A DNA stretch of 64,000 bases. Source: Albugo candida. Taxonomy: Eukaryota. The stretch covers positions 186,001 through 250,000 of the forward strand of contig JBDOQK010000020.1 in NCBI GenBank assembly GCA_040437565.1, given 5' to 3'. A model generated the notes under the pieces. That model saw only the letters and a list, made by a program, of their open reading frames with translations, ran no database searches and was not told the origin of the DNA. This document shows positions 13,401 to 27,253 of the stretch, in pieces (the first letter of the stretch is position 1; the number at the start of each line of letters is the position of its first letter). Made by a program: the position numbers and the translations under genes.

Positions 13401-14189
13401 GTGACTAAATTTCAGGCACACTTGTGGTCTTTCCCAGTGCGATCCGACCCCCTTGTACGCAAAATATTTTATACGGTTCTTTTCTTGCGAAATATATCAA
13501 AACCAGGTTCTGAAAAATATAAATCTACTCGGCCTGGAGCTGATGAAATTGTTTAAATAGATACAGATATGCATTGGTTGACACACTGCTTTTCGATTCC
13601 GTCTATTCTGCTCAAACTAGATGCACAAAACAAGAAACATAGATACCATTGAATTCGGAGCTACTTCAAGTGCATTTCAATCGACGTAATATTGGTCGAG
13701 CATTGCAATGAAAATTCTGCTGAAGCATCCTAAGGAAACGATTGGCTCTCGTGAAAGTGTATAAAGAGTGACGCAGCATTAAAACCACCGCAGCATCTTG
13801 CCATTTGATTGTCGAGTACGAGGTTGGACAGCGTCGAATTTATTCCCCGGTCTCAGCTCCAATGCAAAAGACACCATCAATTTTGATTTCGTTGTGTCAT
13901 GCGAGGGAAGTGTACCAGCACTTTACAACGAATTATAAATCGTGGAATTCATCAAAACGGTCGCATCTGGTTTTGCATCTTGACACTTCCTTCGTGTACA
14001 AAGAGTGGCTGGACTTGTGATTTGTCTGAATTATTGCCGATGCTTTCTGGTTTGGTAATTTCTTCATTCGGTTCTTCGATAGCTTTTCATTGTCAAATGG
14101 TTTGCCCAATAAGAAACTTGCCTTGAGATCGCTGTTTTGATACGATGAGTTAAGGATACAGATTTATTCGTAGCGATATGATGCCAAGT

Positions 14190-14575
14190 ATGCGGACGTA
14201 AGGAAAGCTATAAAATGGACAAACGAATCGGAGCCGTTGTTCCTGCAAATTTGATTTGTCATTCGAAGCGATTTGCTTAAGGAATTTCATGCGCCTTTTT
14301 CAACATTTATTCTTTAGCTATAACATACGGGAATACTTTCCTCACTAAATAATTCATAGGTAAATCGCAATACTCTTTCATAGTATCGCTTTCAACTGAT
14401 TTATCCGTTTTTAGTATTGTTAACGGGGTCTGTTATATTGCTGACCAGCAAATCACGCTTCAGTTGTATTTAGCCAATAGGAAAACACAATTCTGCCGAA
14501 CTTGTGAAAATCTTCCAAACATCGACACACTGAGGATCGAGTTTGCCATTTTATTGCATCACAATTTTAAAATTA
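14190..14575 (+). repeat. Conserved non-coding module, copy 1
   Basis: Alignable to 24062-24425 (gcggac.taaggaaa; gctgac...atttagcc..tagga; cgacac.ctg.gg; cattttattg.atca.aatt). Confidence 0.7.
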
Positions 14576-15519
14576 GAATATGGATGAGCGCCACCACCAT
14601 ATGAAAAGGAGGGTACCGGTCGTCACGTGACACCGAGGAAGCTGACTTCCAGAAATGATTTGAAGGACTAAACACTCGCCATTTGTAGCTGCTTTAAATG
14701 GAGGAGGCGGCGAACTAAAATGCATCAATCTGATGTGATGTTCCTACTTGCAATACGCCTTTTCATTGGTTTCTCAAGCCGCGCGATATTACTCTATCTG
14801 CCTCATTATTGAAGCATGCCATTTCGAATGGAAACCGTGAACATTGAAGTTTTACTAATAGACTAGGCGAAAGCTACATTCCGAGACCGCCCGGAAATGC
14901 AAGTACTAGTTTGCCACCAGCTTCCTGAGGACCTATTCATAAGCGGCAGAACTTTTTCATTACAGTGATCGCGTGGAGCTCAATCCGAACACTTAGCTCT
15001 CCTTCATGTTTGAGACAGATACCTTATCTCGTATTGGTACGACGAATGCTGAACGAATGACGGCTCTCTCCTTCTACAACCACCGTAAAGCGGTACGCAG
15101 CAGTTGCTTTTGGCTTCAGAAGCTAAGTTCTAGTAGCTGAACACTCCCTTTTATGGTTGCGTGGGTCGTACAAAACATTTTGATTTAATTGCATTCAAGG
15201 GGCAAATCGAATCCATACACCCAGAACAAGCTGATCTGGCAACTCATCGTGCGAAAATACCGAAGCTGTATACTTCAGGGTTATACGGGCAATGCAGCAT
15301 CTCATAATACGAGATACTTTGACTTTTGAAATCAGAAGCTAAGCGGCTTGGTTATAATTTGCATCACCCGAGGATAAGTGATCCGATCTTTCATCCAATA
15401 GAACATAGCAATAAAAGTGCTCAATTGTGAAGAATGATTGCATAATCTTAATTGTAAAATTCTATGCGAACGTGACTGAGTGATCATAGCTGTTAGCACA
15501 TTCGAAACATCACCGGCGA

Positions 15520-15868
15520 TCGCTTGAAGCGCTAGTGATCATGCTTGGACCATTAACCCCACGTTGTGCGTGCAAGTTTTTCTACTTGATGCAACAGAAA
15601 AACATCATTTCTTCTGAACTCGAGAGCAAGGAGCACATTCATCACTGCCCGTGGCCCAAGTACGACTCTGCGGGTTCTAGACTTGGCAAAAATCAAATTT
15701 ATGATTCAGTGAATTGTCTAGTACAAGGCGAGTTGATCATTCATTCTGAACAGCAAGGAAATCAAGAAGGGGTACTACAGTCAGCCAAACAGAGGAAAAT
15801 AATTTGAAAGCACCTTGCAGGTCAGCGAGTCGATTGAGCCACTTTTGTTTGCCCAAAGAAGCAAGGCT
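15520..15868 (+). pseudogene. LARS2: Inverted C-terminal part of the same LeuRS pseudogene
   Basis: Plus strand LEALVIMLGPLTP..HIHHCPWPKYD..VNCLVQGEL..KHLAGQRVD..FVCPKK matches the LeuRS anticodon-binding and C-terminal domain pattern (LxxxLxPxxP, IHxxxWP, VQVNGK, L.G..I.K.IFV). Confidence 0.7.
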
Positions 15869-15869
15869 A

Positions 15870-17463
15870 TCATAGAACGTTGAAAATCAGTGCAAGTGCT
15901 GCTTTTCGCCCAGATAATTGAAGAGTTTTATGAGTTCTGCTATTCCCACACTGGATGCGTACTGCTTAGACAAGCTTTCAGTCACCCACTTTATAGACGT
16001 GTGCATGATGATTTTTTTTGATTGATCTCCGACATATTCGCGTCGACCTTCTGAAGTGGAGCTGAACCTGATTTCTCAATCAGACTTCGAATTCGACCAA
16101 GCCATCTTGTTTGTCCTGCAAGGTCTGCCTCATCCCATTCTAGCTGCTGTGTAGGGGTGCCTTGAATAAACTGCTAGTCTTATAGCATCCGCTCCATACA
16201 CCTTGCGTACAGTTTCCGGATCGACGTTGTTGTATTTTGACTGGATATTTTCTTCCATCCAACGATGACAGGCTGCTTACTCTGTCATTCAGCCATTTTT
16301 ATAGTAGAATGATTTGAATATAGACGGAAGATTTTGGAATTACGCAGTGATGTTGGTAATTAGGCTTCCTATCAACTTTCGATGAAGCACAATGCTTCCA
16401 GTAAAAATCGCTCGTGTTTGTTCTTCGATGTGTATCGGTTAATTAGCATTATCGAATTATATGTGAGTTGTATAATCCAAAAAACGACACCTCGTGAGGC
16501 GTACGGCCCCAATGAATCGTTGATTTTAGAGAATTTGTCGATGTCGAGCTCAAGGTCGTCAGATTTCCTGTCTTGCATGCAACAAGAGAGTCCATCTAAG
16601 AACACAGACGTCGCTGGAGATGCGATTTTTCCTGAAGCAGCTTTCCCTACATCGAATTGATCAATGAGCAGTGAGAGCGACCTATCAAAGAAGATTTCAT
16701 GCGCTTCACTGCTTCAACTAGTGATACAATGTACTTGAGCTACGGAAACTAAAAAGAACCTCCTCAGACATATCTCCATTTTGGTTTTGTTCAGAAAACA
16801 TCATTGAAATAAACGTTTTCTATCAATTGCTCTTGATCGTCAGGATCTTCCTTCTGCGTCGACCCATTATATCTAATCTATGTTCTCTCTTTATTTTTGA
16901 TTGATCGTCCTCAAACCTGTTCATTGTCGAATCCAATCTTGTCAATAGGATCCCATTTCACAGCAGCTCATTTCCGGTATGCAATCATTTTTGGATAGCT
17001 GGAGAAACATCCATTGAGTTCCAGTTGTAATAACAAATTCTAATTTAGCGAGCCCAATCAAGTGCTTCGAGTTCTTCTTTGAGCCTTTATATAGGATTGT
17101 GTATCGATTGCTGCACCGCAACTACTGATACCTCGAGGCCTTCCAATTGTTTTGTGCGCGCGACACAATCACTTATCGTGTACACACGGACATGTCCAAT
17201 ATGACGCTTCCCTACAATGCTCATTAAGTAGAGCAAGCTTGTGCACCAGATGGATACAGAAACATTGCAAGGCAGTAGAATTTCTTGTTCGTATTCGTAT
17301 TGCAAGTCGGGGAGGAGTGTACGCGTTCCCACCGTGATTGCCATTTTTCCTCCAACTGCTTCCATGTGAACGATGTTTCAGTGCTCAATCTCCGCGTTCT
17401 GGCACTAATTCGGCGTAATTGTAAGCAACACAATGACGTCCGCATCGAGTGGATGGAATGCAT
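15870..17463 (-). pseudogene. LARS2: Organellar/bacterial-type leucyl-tRNA synthetase pseudogene, N-terminal and central part
   Basis: Transit-peptide-like start, then EEKWQSRW..KFYCLAMFLYPSG | intron | RHIGHVRVYTISDCVAR (HIGH motif), WDPIDK..NEQV, a frameshifted KMSKS region (SKYNNVDP..YGADAIRL) and HTSIKWVT..GIAELIKLFNYL. Many stops and large deletions. Confidence 0.85.
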
Positions 17464-18591
17464 CTAAAACCGGTATCGTGTCAGAATGCAAGCGATAATG
17501 CTTCCTTTCTAATGAAACAACCTCGAGCAAATGTCGAGTATTGACCGATTGATCAATCAATGCAGTGAAAGACCATGACGCCATTCGCTGAGCATTCTGT
17601 GGTACAGTGTTTGCTCGTCACGTTCAAACAAAGCTGCGGGAGACAGTCGCCTGTGCGTCGATATCAATAGCTTACAGTGGCATTCGACGAAATAATCAGT
17701 AATACGCAATGTGATCAAGCACGAACTTGCACGAGATTGCGAAGATGTGGGCTCTACTGAGGAAAAAGTGCGTGGCCATTGACACGCTTGAGAAAATCTT
17801 ATACGTCGAGTTGAGAGATACAGAAGAGAAGCAACAAATTGAGGCTGAATGGCGCAATATTGGAAAAAAGCAGGAGGATTATCACAACAAACATAATTTG
17901 TACTTTGAAATCATTTTTAGAGAAGACGTTCCAATGGTGTCTTTCAGATTGATTATGCGTATATCGGAAGGACTGCTTCCAGGCCCCGGAGCAAATGATG
18001 AATTTCAACGTAGAAGGGCAAATACGTTTGCTTGATCATCGAGTGGTTCAACAAGTTGGCACTACTGGTATCGACGCATATTACAGATCTATCAGCAGAC
18101 GTCAAAGTCTAAATGCGTAACCAGTTCTCCATACTGGCTCAACTTTGCTCAAAGAAGCTCAGGCTGTCGCCGTTCGGTAATCAGACGGGAGCGGATTACC
18201 TATGATCAAGGTGTTGGGACATTTGGCTACATCTATCTGAAAGAACTGTAAGTTGTGTGTTATGTAGCTATCAATAAGCAGCTTTCTATCGGCTTTGGCT
18301 ATTACGCCAGGTGTAAACTTGCATATTTCCACCCACCACATGGCTTCTGACCAGATTACGGCGGTCTTTCAACACCACTTTTTACAATATCTACACACCT
18401 TTTCATATCTGGTTAGAGTGAAGGAAGATCAGAGCTGAAGCACTATAAGCAAGAAGCGACAGGAGATTGATTTCACAATGATATAGATATACAAAAATTA
18501 TAGTACGCCATGCCGATCACATCGTTGAGCCTGTATCACCGATTAGATGTTATTATTTTGATATCCACCGCTATAAGAAACTTGGACGACT

Positions 18592-19540
18592 TTACGAGCG
18601 GCTCAATCCTGATCTTTGAGCGATTTCTAGTAGTCGAGTCAAGGAATCATTCACCTAGGATAAACACACTCATTTGGATTTGATCAAAGTATCAATGCAC
18701 ATATTTGCGAGCTTTACATTCAAACACTCTTCCAGCAGTTCCTCACTGATCCTTCCTTGTAATCCACCTTCAATCAGGGCATTCATACGAGGTCTACACT
18801 GCCGGAGAAATTCATACAGATTTTCTAGCTGTTCATCGTCTTTCGGGTCTGCATTCTCCAAGAGCTCATTTACAGTAGTCATCTTTTCCATCACATTGGC
18901 CAAATCTGCCTGCAATTTCGCAATTTGACGCTCACGTTTTGTGAGCTCCTGGCGAAATTCACCGTGACGAGTGTCGGAGGGATCTCTCGAACATGAGTCA
19001 CTCAATTTATTTTCGACCTGGGCGCTTGCTTTGACGTCTTCATCACCAAATTCTGGAAATTGAATACCTTGTCTCTGTAACATCGAAAGTGTATCGTGAA
19101 AGTTCTTGTTCTCGGAATCTTTGTACTGTTCTCCCCATTGTCGGATCAAAAGCAGCGACTTGCTTTGAACCTCAACACCTTTTGTCCCATCAGTTAACGC
19201 CACAATTGATCCAAGAAATGGTCGTCTTCCAGCAAGAGAAAGTACACGATTGGACCCTTTTTCCACAANNNNNNNNNNNNNNNNNNNNNNNNNNNNNNNN
19301 NNNNNNNNNNNNNNNNNNNNNNNNNNNNNNNNNNNNNNNNNNNNNNNNNNNNNNNNNNNNNNNNNNNNTAATACTACGCTCGGAGTGGGGAAACGTGCTC
19401 CAAATCATTTCCTTCAGCGAGTGGGGGACCCTCAGTGAGGCGATGAGCTCCTGGCAAAAGGAAATGTTAGCTGTTGCAGTTAGCTTTTCACAGATCCATT
19501 TACGTACGATTTTCTCGTCATAAGGCATGCTTACACTCAT
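18592..19540 (-). CDS. TOM1-like VHS+GAT domain protein (gap inside)
   Basis: VHS C-terminus (VQSKSLLLIRQWG..FHDTLSMLQRQGIQFP) and GAT (LQADLANV..LYEFLRQCRPRMNALIE..EELLEECLN|VNDSLTRLL). GT-AG intron 18717-18655; stop at 18592. Start ATG uncertain. Confidence 0.8.
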
Positions 19541-19976
19541 ATTGCATAAGATGTTGATAATCCAATAAAACAGAGAAACTCCGTAATCGTGTGATACCGC
19601 AAATGTTCCCAATAAGTGGTAAAGCACACGTATGATTCGATTACGAGAATGCGTCGTTCTCGATGTCTGATTCGAATGACAAATTGTGGTCGTCAGATGA
19701 AGACGGATGAATATCTTACGTCGTAATTGCTGTAGAAAGTGGCGACTGAAAAAGGTTCAATGTCTTTCGTAATCGGTACAGACTGTAAGCAAAGATTCCA
19801 ACTGTGACGCCACAGACGAGACGAAAGGTGGCATGAATGCGTGCCCGGACGGGCAACTGACGATTCCACATAATAANNNNNNNNNNNNNNNNNNNNNNNN
19901 NNNNNNNNNNNNNNNNNNNNNNNNNNNNNNNNNNNNNNNNNNNNNNNNNNNNNNNNNNNNNNNNNNNNNNNNNNNN

Positions 19977-22900
19977 GTACAGGGAAGCCATGGATGCTTC
20001 GTATAACTCACTCATATCTTGAGCGGGAGATTTATTGTGAGAGTCAATTTCGTCGATTTTTTTATAAGGCAAAAAACCACTTCCGATGCATTTATTCGTA
20101 CTCGAGTCTTTGCCACAAACGCAATAGCGCTCTTCTAATTTGGTCTTAGCAGACGCAGCTCCTGTCAGCATCAAAACCTTTGAATCAGGAAGCCGGGTAC
20201 TCTTTTGCAAAAGTCGGGCTACAATCAGACAGGAGAAAATTTCCGTGGCGCGGCTGTTATCGTTGATTTCAAATCCGGAAGTGGCTTCTCCCTTTGCATT
20301 ATCAGCTCGCTCAGCCTTACAAGGGCAGCCTAGAGCAATGTAATCAAGTGATTTGCAAAGACATTTTGCAGCACTTGCCTTGTGATTGTAGTGTCTCCAG
20401 AGAAGTCTTCATTCGCTTTGAATGTCTTTCAGGCTCTTCAATGACAGCTTTACGCTTCAAACTTCCCGTTGCTTGCTTTCTCGTCCCTTTTCGCTTCACT
20501 TTCAGCTGCTGTCGACTCATCTGTAAATCTAAGTAGATGGAGCCACCTCGATTCAGAATCCATACATTCATTTGCTCTAGGATTTAATGCACTTTGAGCA
20601 ATTGTATCTGTCCATTTGCATCCTCCGCTGGAGAATTCGGAGCTCGAAAAAAGTGCGTTAAAAGTACTGCTGTATGCCACTGCTTCTTGTGATACACCGG
20701 ATAAATGTGCTTTTCTCGGGCTTCTTTTGTGTCGTGGAAGATGATGTCCCGAACAATGCTGTCAGAAGTGAGATTGAAAAGCGTAATGCTCGCTAAAGTA
20801 CCCCGTTCTTCCCGTTTCCGCAGAAGAAAATTATCCTCCAGCTGATATGAAATCTGGCACAAGAGATGCACTAATGGAAACATCAGACAAGCTGACACTT
20901 GACTGCGCAGAAAACGGTATTGGTACTTTGTCTATTGAAACAAAGAATCAATACGCATCTCCAACCATAAGTCATCTTTCTTACCATCGGTTCATCAAAG
21001 AGAGCCATCTTTTGAGAATCAAGCATCATGTGTTGAGGTGGTTCGGAGAAAAGCTGAAATACAAGCGTCATTGCTAATAATTGGCATGNNNNNNNNNNNN
21101 NNNNNNNNNNNNNNNNNNNNNNNNNNNNNNNNNNNNNNNNNNNNNNNNNNNNNNNNNNNNNNNNNNNNNNNNNNNNNNNNNNNNNNNNACTAATCGAAGA
21201 ATCTGAGCCAGCTCCACGACTTTGTGTATTACCAATGAAATCAGAAATGCCTTCAAACCGTACTGAACTTTATCGAGTTTGCCCTTTTGATTCAATGCAA
21301 AAGCTTCTTTGCTATTTTCCACGTTTATGAATGGAATTCGAATTCGTTTCGTGGAATCTGTAACCAGATCAGAAGAATGTTAATAAACTTTTCTTGAAAG
21401 TCGTCGTCTGAGTGCTGATGAAGTTTTTCTCGAATCAAACGGACGCATCGATGGATGTACTGAGATGTCCTGACAGCACAGCTCAAAACCAAAACTTTTC
21501 TCGTCAGCTGTATGAGGAATTTGACTGATTGGAAGTACTTCTCGGTTGACATGATTAAACTTTCGATCTGATTGATCGCGATGCACATTAGCCACATACA
21601 CTGCAGCACGCCAGCTTGCTGGACTTTGCCTCCGTCCGCTGATGTTGCATGGTAAGGCATTCACAGTCCACATGACGTGCACGATCATGTTTCGTACGTT
21701 GCACTGATCATATAAGTCGTCCGCATGAGCCGATCAAACTGAAAGACGTTAAACTAGCGACAAAATTGTCTTCATTGCATAGTCTTTATTATTTTCTTTT
21801 TCATATATGATTTTTCTAGCTGTACAGCGGTCGGAACTGAGTCCATCAACAAATCCCAAAGCGATTAATATATTTTTCCGTCCAGAAAATCCACATATCA
21901 TCGTAATAGCAACTTTTGTATTCAAGCTGTCTAGAGACACCACATAGCATTCCTTCATTGCCATCACGTCTTTCGCTCCATTCAAAATCTCTGAAATGTG
22001 ACATACAACGGATAAAAGAGTAAGACACGTAATGTATCCGCTTCTGTGATGTTAAAACAGCGACTCGCTTCTCATTTCCAGAATGTGCAGCTCCATTGCA
22101 TATGATTTACGTCGAAGGGTTCCCAGCCTTTTATTCCAATTGCAGCCGAATGAAACATAACGGCTGATGGGCGTACACCAGCATTTGTATCAACCTTGAC
22201 GCTGACTTGTCGCTGTCTTGTACGTGTTTAGACGTATTGTTCGGTGCCGTCGACATATTTCTGTTTGAAGTATTCATAGAAGTTGATGCACCACCACATC
22301 TGAGCCTTTTCTGAATGAGAATTTTGTAGTTGAATTACCTCCTCGGCCAGTGAGTCGACATAATGTCTGTCCACGGCCAGCAATGGCATGGGAAAGCGTC
22401 TGTATCCTACGTCACGATTCTCGACAAAAGACTCGCACAATGATTGACAATTTCAACATCACTTTCTCAAATCGCATTTTTCGTCGCTGAAAAATTCGCA
22501 AGGATAAGTGAGCGGACACATCACTGAAGCGGTGCAGTCGCGTTGCTCTCTATCAACCTGTCTATTGTTCCAGTGCGTTGTATGTCACCATTAGTAGAAT
22601 ACGCTCCACATGCTGCTTCTTGTAGGATGTGTCAGCTACCTGAGCCTGCTTGATTGATATACATCAAACAGAACTCTTGCTCGGAAGCTGATGAGGATGG
22701 AATTTGCCATAAGCGCTCGATTTTGGGGATGATTGATTTATATTTGGTCGACTGTACGTCAATATAATGAATCAGCTCTAGACGGACGATGGCTAATGGC
22801 TGTGTATTAGCTGTCATACTGTTTAATAGCTTTCGAAATGGTGTCTCAAACGCCCGAATCATCAAACAAAAGTGAGACAACACCATGCTTCTCATGGAGT

Positions 22901-23870
22901 GTCTCTACCACAACAAATACTTTGACAAATTGATGAGTGCGATCAGGAACTGACTTTAGCATCTCGGGCGACTTGGACGTCGTTATTGATTCCTCCCAAA
23001 CAGACATGTCATTCCCTGAGTCCCTTTTATTTTTTTGGATAAAGGCTTAGTTCCAGTAATGCATTCATTAGAAAACTGGTTTCGTAATGCTCGCTCCTTT
23101 CTACACCCAATTCTTGCTCCATGGTGTCGCAAAATTATGAATGAGATTCGAAGTTTCTGATCAAATAGTGTCCTTGAATGGACCATAACAATCTTAAATG
23201 CCTCTTTTCATTGCTGACGGTGCCATCATCATATTCCAACGAATCTGACGCGTGCTTTGAACATTTCCAGCGATTCAATTTCACTGTACAGCCTTCTCAT
23301 CTCCATCTTCTTCAGCCATGACAAGGTAATTCGACCTCGAGAGTCGCTTTTGTTCCCCTTGGTGCAGCTTCCCGCTGCGCGGTAGACAGCACATTGGCTG
23401 AATGTGTGACCGCTGCCGGTAATAATCGATACCACGTTCAAACCGGTGAATTCCACAAGAACCTCCGAGCTAACGCACGCCTTTTGGTTGTGTTTGGTGG
23501 TGCATGAGAACAGCGGGACGATTGCAGCGAGTCATCCTGACGCATTATATATGTCGCTGACATGTTTCAATTTTTTTCGGTCACTCGCAAAGTACACACT
23601 CTATGAAGCATCTTCTTTCCCAGCAATTTGCACAATACAATGCTGTGGAAATGAGTGCGTCGTACGAGCAGCAGGCACGTGACATTGGATCTGTTTCAGA
23701 TCGTGTAAACGCGAAGGAAAGGTTTGTGAGAAGAGTTACTGCGACACGGACGCTTGACAGCCTCCATTTCTTTGTCATCCAACTACTGACTTGTGTTCAA
23801 AGAAGTGCGACGAGTTGTTACGATTCCAAAATGTCTGTCCCAAGTTCAGGTACAAAACACTAAAACCCAT
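19977..23870 (-). pseudogene. Decayed copy 2 of family X, the only copy with a clear 3' part
   Basis: Same anchors (catcttcttcagccatg ~23305; gaagcggtgca ~22526; KIERLWQIPSSSASEQEFCL). Continues into helical-looking segments, a basic patch (KRKGTRKQ..LKRKA..KRMK) and EERYCVCG (PHD-start-like). Confidence 0.7.
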
Positions 23871-24061
23871 CAACTTTACGTTCTGTATTTGTTTGATACG
23901 AGGAGATAAAACCAGCACTCACATCAGATTTCTCATCTTGAGACTCTTTTCGTCGTTTTGGTCTTCGATAGCTCTTCATTGGCAGATGTGTAAGGTTACA
24001 GAGAGTTGGTTATTTGATTGGATAGAAATGCAGTCTTTATTTGTAGCGGGCTGAGCTTAAG

Positions 24062-24425
24062 TACGCGGACCTAAGGAAACTTTGGATTGTATACAACAAA
24101 TCACTTTGGCCGTTGTTTCTGTATTTTCAATTCGTCGTTACGATCGATGAGCTTAGAGAATGTCATGAGTCTTTTTAATTTTATTGTTTATTAGCTGAAG
24201 CACATGAGACAATCCGTTGCTTCCCTCATTAAGATAATCTAACGGTAAACCGCTATACTACCTCGATTTCCCCCTCTTGCTGACTTGACAAGCATACAAG
24301 TATCATATTTAGCCTGTAGGAAGCACAGTCCTCCCGTCTCGTTATAATGATGCAGAGACTCTTGATAATGCGACACGCTGGAGGTTCGGGTTCTCATTTT
24401 ATTGAATCAGAATTCATACACTGTC
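24062..24425 (+). repeat. Conserved non-coding module, copy 2 (repeated at ~25801-26155 by gap overlap)
   Basis: Core tgctgacttgacaagcatacaagtatcatatttagcc...atgcgacacgctggaggttcgggttctcattttattgaatca recurs at ~14440, ~38250 and ~44510. Confidence 0.8.
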
Positions 24426-25524
24426 AAATGTCTCAGCTTCCAGAAGATTGCGACAGTACTACGATCTGATCATATCACATTACGCTTCATGAATGCTATT
24501 ATAGGTGGCAGATTCGCACACACATCATCGTTTACACCTAGGTGAGGGACTAGTGGTTCTATTTCTGCATACAAGAAGCAAGTTATCAGCTTTCTGCAAT
24601 CAGAATGTACAGGATCCGAACGGCTTCTGTTTCTCTTTACGGCGATTAGGGCCATTCAGTAATAGAAGGGAAAAAACAACTACAGTAGATGGTACGATCA
24701 GTCTTTTGGCCTCTATACTCAAGTTTGACGACCTATTTACCAGACAAGCACCTATAAGAGCGTATGTGATAAGTAAGCAACAAGAAAAAGTTCGAGAAGT
24801 TCATTATATTGACAGCCTCCAGTAAACTGATTTGTTGAATAGGTGCTCACAGGCCCTATGAACTCGCATTCAGTATCGTAGCAAAGCTGTTTTTGATTGA
24901 AAACTGTTTAGCAAATGTTCATGTTAATTTTTAACTTGACTTTATCATCACAAAATCAACTCACCTAGTTGCGAAATCAGGTATTCCCATATGCCCTATT
25001 CGTTCTATAGAGAAATAGAAGCATGACGTTCCCGTCCGTTCTGATTGCAGAAGGCCTATAAAGTTGACTCTTGTAATAACAAATATAATAATCTAGTCGT
25101 ATCATAAGGGATGACGTGTGCGCAAGAGCCCACCATAACCATAACCCTAACACACAAAATACCGGATATACTGTTAAAAGCTCGGAGATAAATGAGACGA
25201 GAAGCAATCGCACTCGATAGTGTGCCATACAAACAAGGATGGAAGTCCATGAACAAATGACCAAGTGATTAGTGTATCACGCGAATCTGTTTCGCTTTGG
25301 ATAACCGACTGGGATAGCTTACGGAATTGCACTTTATCTGAATGTACCACTGGTGGATGCTATCTGATTTATGAGATTTGAATTTTTGGGGGAGATGAAA
25401 CAAGTGGATGTACTACCTCTCGTCACACTCCTTCCATGGAGCGGGAAAAACAAACTGGTAGATCACTAACTCATTTTGCAAAACTCTTCCAACTACTCAC
25501 AACAAACTCGAACAATCAACCAGA

Positions 25525-25700
25525 ATGGTTCGCATGGTTATCAAAAGCTTAACAGTAATCGCTTTTATGTCACTTGATTCGGGTTTGCAGTGCTCAGCTG
25601 GGAAGCTAAAATCGGGAGGGTCGTCGACAAAGCATGATGATGAGGCAACATGGCCAGAGGACGTAGATATGGCGCAAGTGCTTGCGCATGCGCTTAAATT
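25525..25700 (+). CDS. Partial identical copy of the 27254 gene (probable assembly overlap)
   Basis: Lies in 24072-25700, which is identical to 25801-27429 across a 100-N gap. Confidence 0.35.
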
Positions 25701-26699
25701 NNNNNNNNNNNNNNNNNNNNNNNNNNNNNNNNNNNNNNNNNNNNNNNNNNNNNNNNNNNNNNNNNNNNNNNNNNNNNNNNNNNNNNNNNNNNNNNNNNNN
25801 TAAGGAAACTTTGGATTGTATACAACAAATCACTTTGGCCGTTGTTTCTGTATTTTCAATTCGTCGTTACGATCGATGAGCTTAGAGAATGTCATGAGTC
25901 TTTTTAATTTTATTGTTTATTAGCTGAAGCACATGAGACAATCCGTTGCTTCCCTCATTAAGATAATCTAACGGTAAACCGCTATACTACCTCGATTTCC
26001 CCCTCTTGCTGACTTGACAAGCATACAAGTATCATATTTAGCCTGTAGGAAGCACAGTCCTCCCGTCTCGTTATAATGATGCAGAGACTCTTGATAATGC
26101 GACACGCTGGAGGTTCGGGTTCTCATTTTATTGAATCAGAATTCATACACTGTCAAATGTCTCAGCTTCCAGAAGATTGCGACAGTACTACGATCTGATC
26201 ATATCACATTACGCTTCATGAATGCTATTATAGGTGGCAGATTCGCACACACATCATCGTTTACACCTAGGTGAGGGACTAGTGGTTCTATTTCTGCATA
26301 CAAGAAGCAAGTTATCAGCTTTCTGCAATCAGAATGTACAGGATCCGAACGGCTTCTGTTTCTCTTTACGGCGATTAGGGCCATTCAGTAATAGAAGGGA
26401 AAAAACAACTACAGTAGATGGTACGATCAGTCTTTTGGCCTCTATACTCAAGTTTGACGACCTATTTACCAGACAAGCACCTATAAGAGCGTATGTGATA
26501 AGTAAGCAACAAGAAAAAGTTCGAGAAGTTCATTATATTGACAGCCTCCAGTAAACTGATTTGTTGAATAGGTGCTCACAGGCCCTATGAACTCGCATTC
26601 AGTATCGTAGCAAAGCTGTTTTTGATTGAAAACTGTTTAGCAAATGTTCATGTTAATTTTTAACTTGACTTTATCATCACAAAATCAACTCACCTAGTT

Positions 26700-27253
26700 G
26701 CGAAATCAGGTATTCCCATATGCCCTATTCGTTCTATAGAGAAATAGAAGCATGACGTTCCCGTCCGTTCTGATTGCAGAAGGCCTATAAAGTTGACTCT
26801 TGTAATAACAAATATAATAATCTAGTCGTATCATAAGGGATGACGTGTGCGCAAGAGCCCACCATAACCATAACCCTAACACACAAAATACCGGATATAC
26901 TGTTAAAAGCTCGGAGATAAATGAGACGAGAAGCAATCGCACTCGATAGTGTGCCATACAAACAAGGATGGAAGTCCATGAACAAATGACCAAGTGATTA
27001 GTGTATCACGCGAATCTGTTTCGCTTTGGATAACCGACTGGGATAGCTTACGGAATTGCACTTTATCTGAATGTACCACTGGTGGATGCTATCTGATTTA
27101 TGAGATTTGAATTTTTGGGGGAGATGAAACAAGTGGATGTACTACCTCTCGTCACACTCCTTCCATGGAGCGGGAAAAACAAACTGGTAGATCACTAACT
27201 CATTTTGCAAAACTCTTCCAACTACTCACAACAAACTCGAACAATCAACCAGA
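26700..27253 (+). promoter_or_regulatory. Conserved upstream region of secreted gene A, with Inr+FPR-like core
   Basis: About 530 bp alignable to 33415-33935. CTCATTTTGCAAAACT at 27199-27214 resembles the oomycete Inr/FPR consensus, about 55 nt before the ATG. Confidence 0.75.

Noticed and set aside
17560-18480. Coiled-coil-like 102-aa ORF and downstream fragments
   Set aside because: Broken frames and no recognisable family; possibly a pseudogene but not supportable.
19716-19876. TM-containing fragment, HIG1-like guess
   Set aside because: Too short, cut by a gap, and joined to the upstream ORF only through Ns.
22860-22960. Walker-B/NACHT-like reading (KVFVVVETLHE) in family X
   Set aside because: No Walker A motif recovered in any copy.
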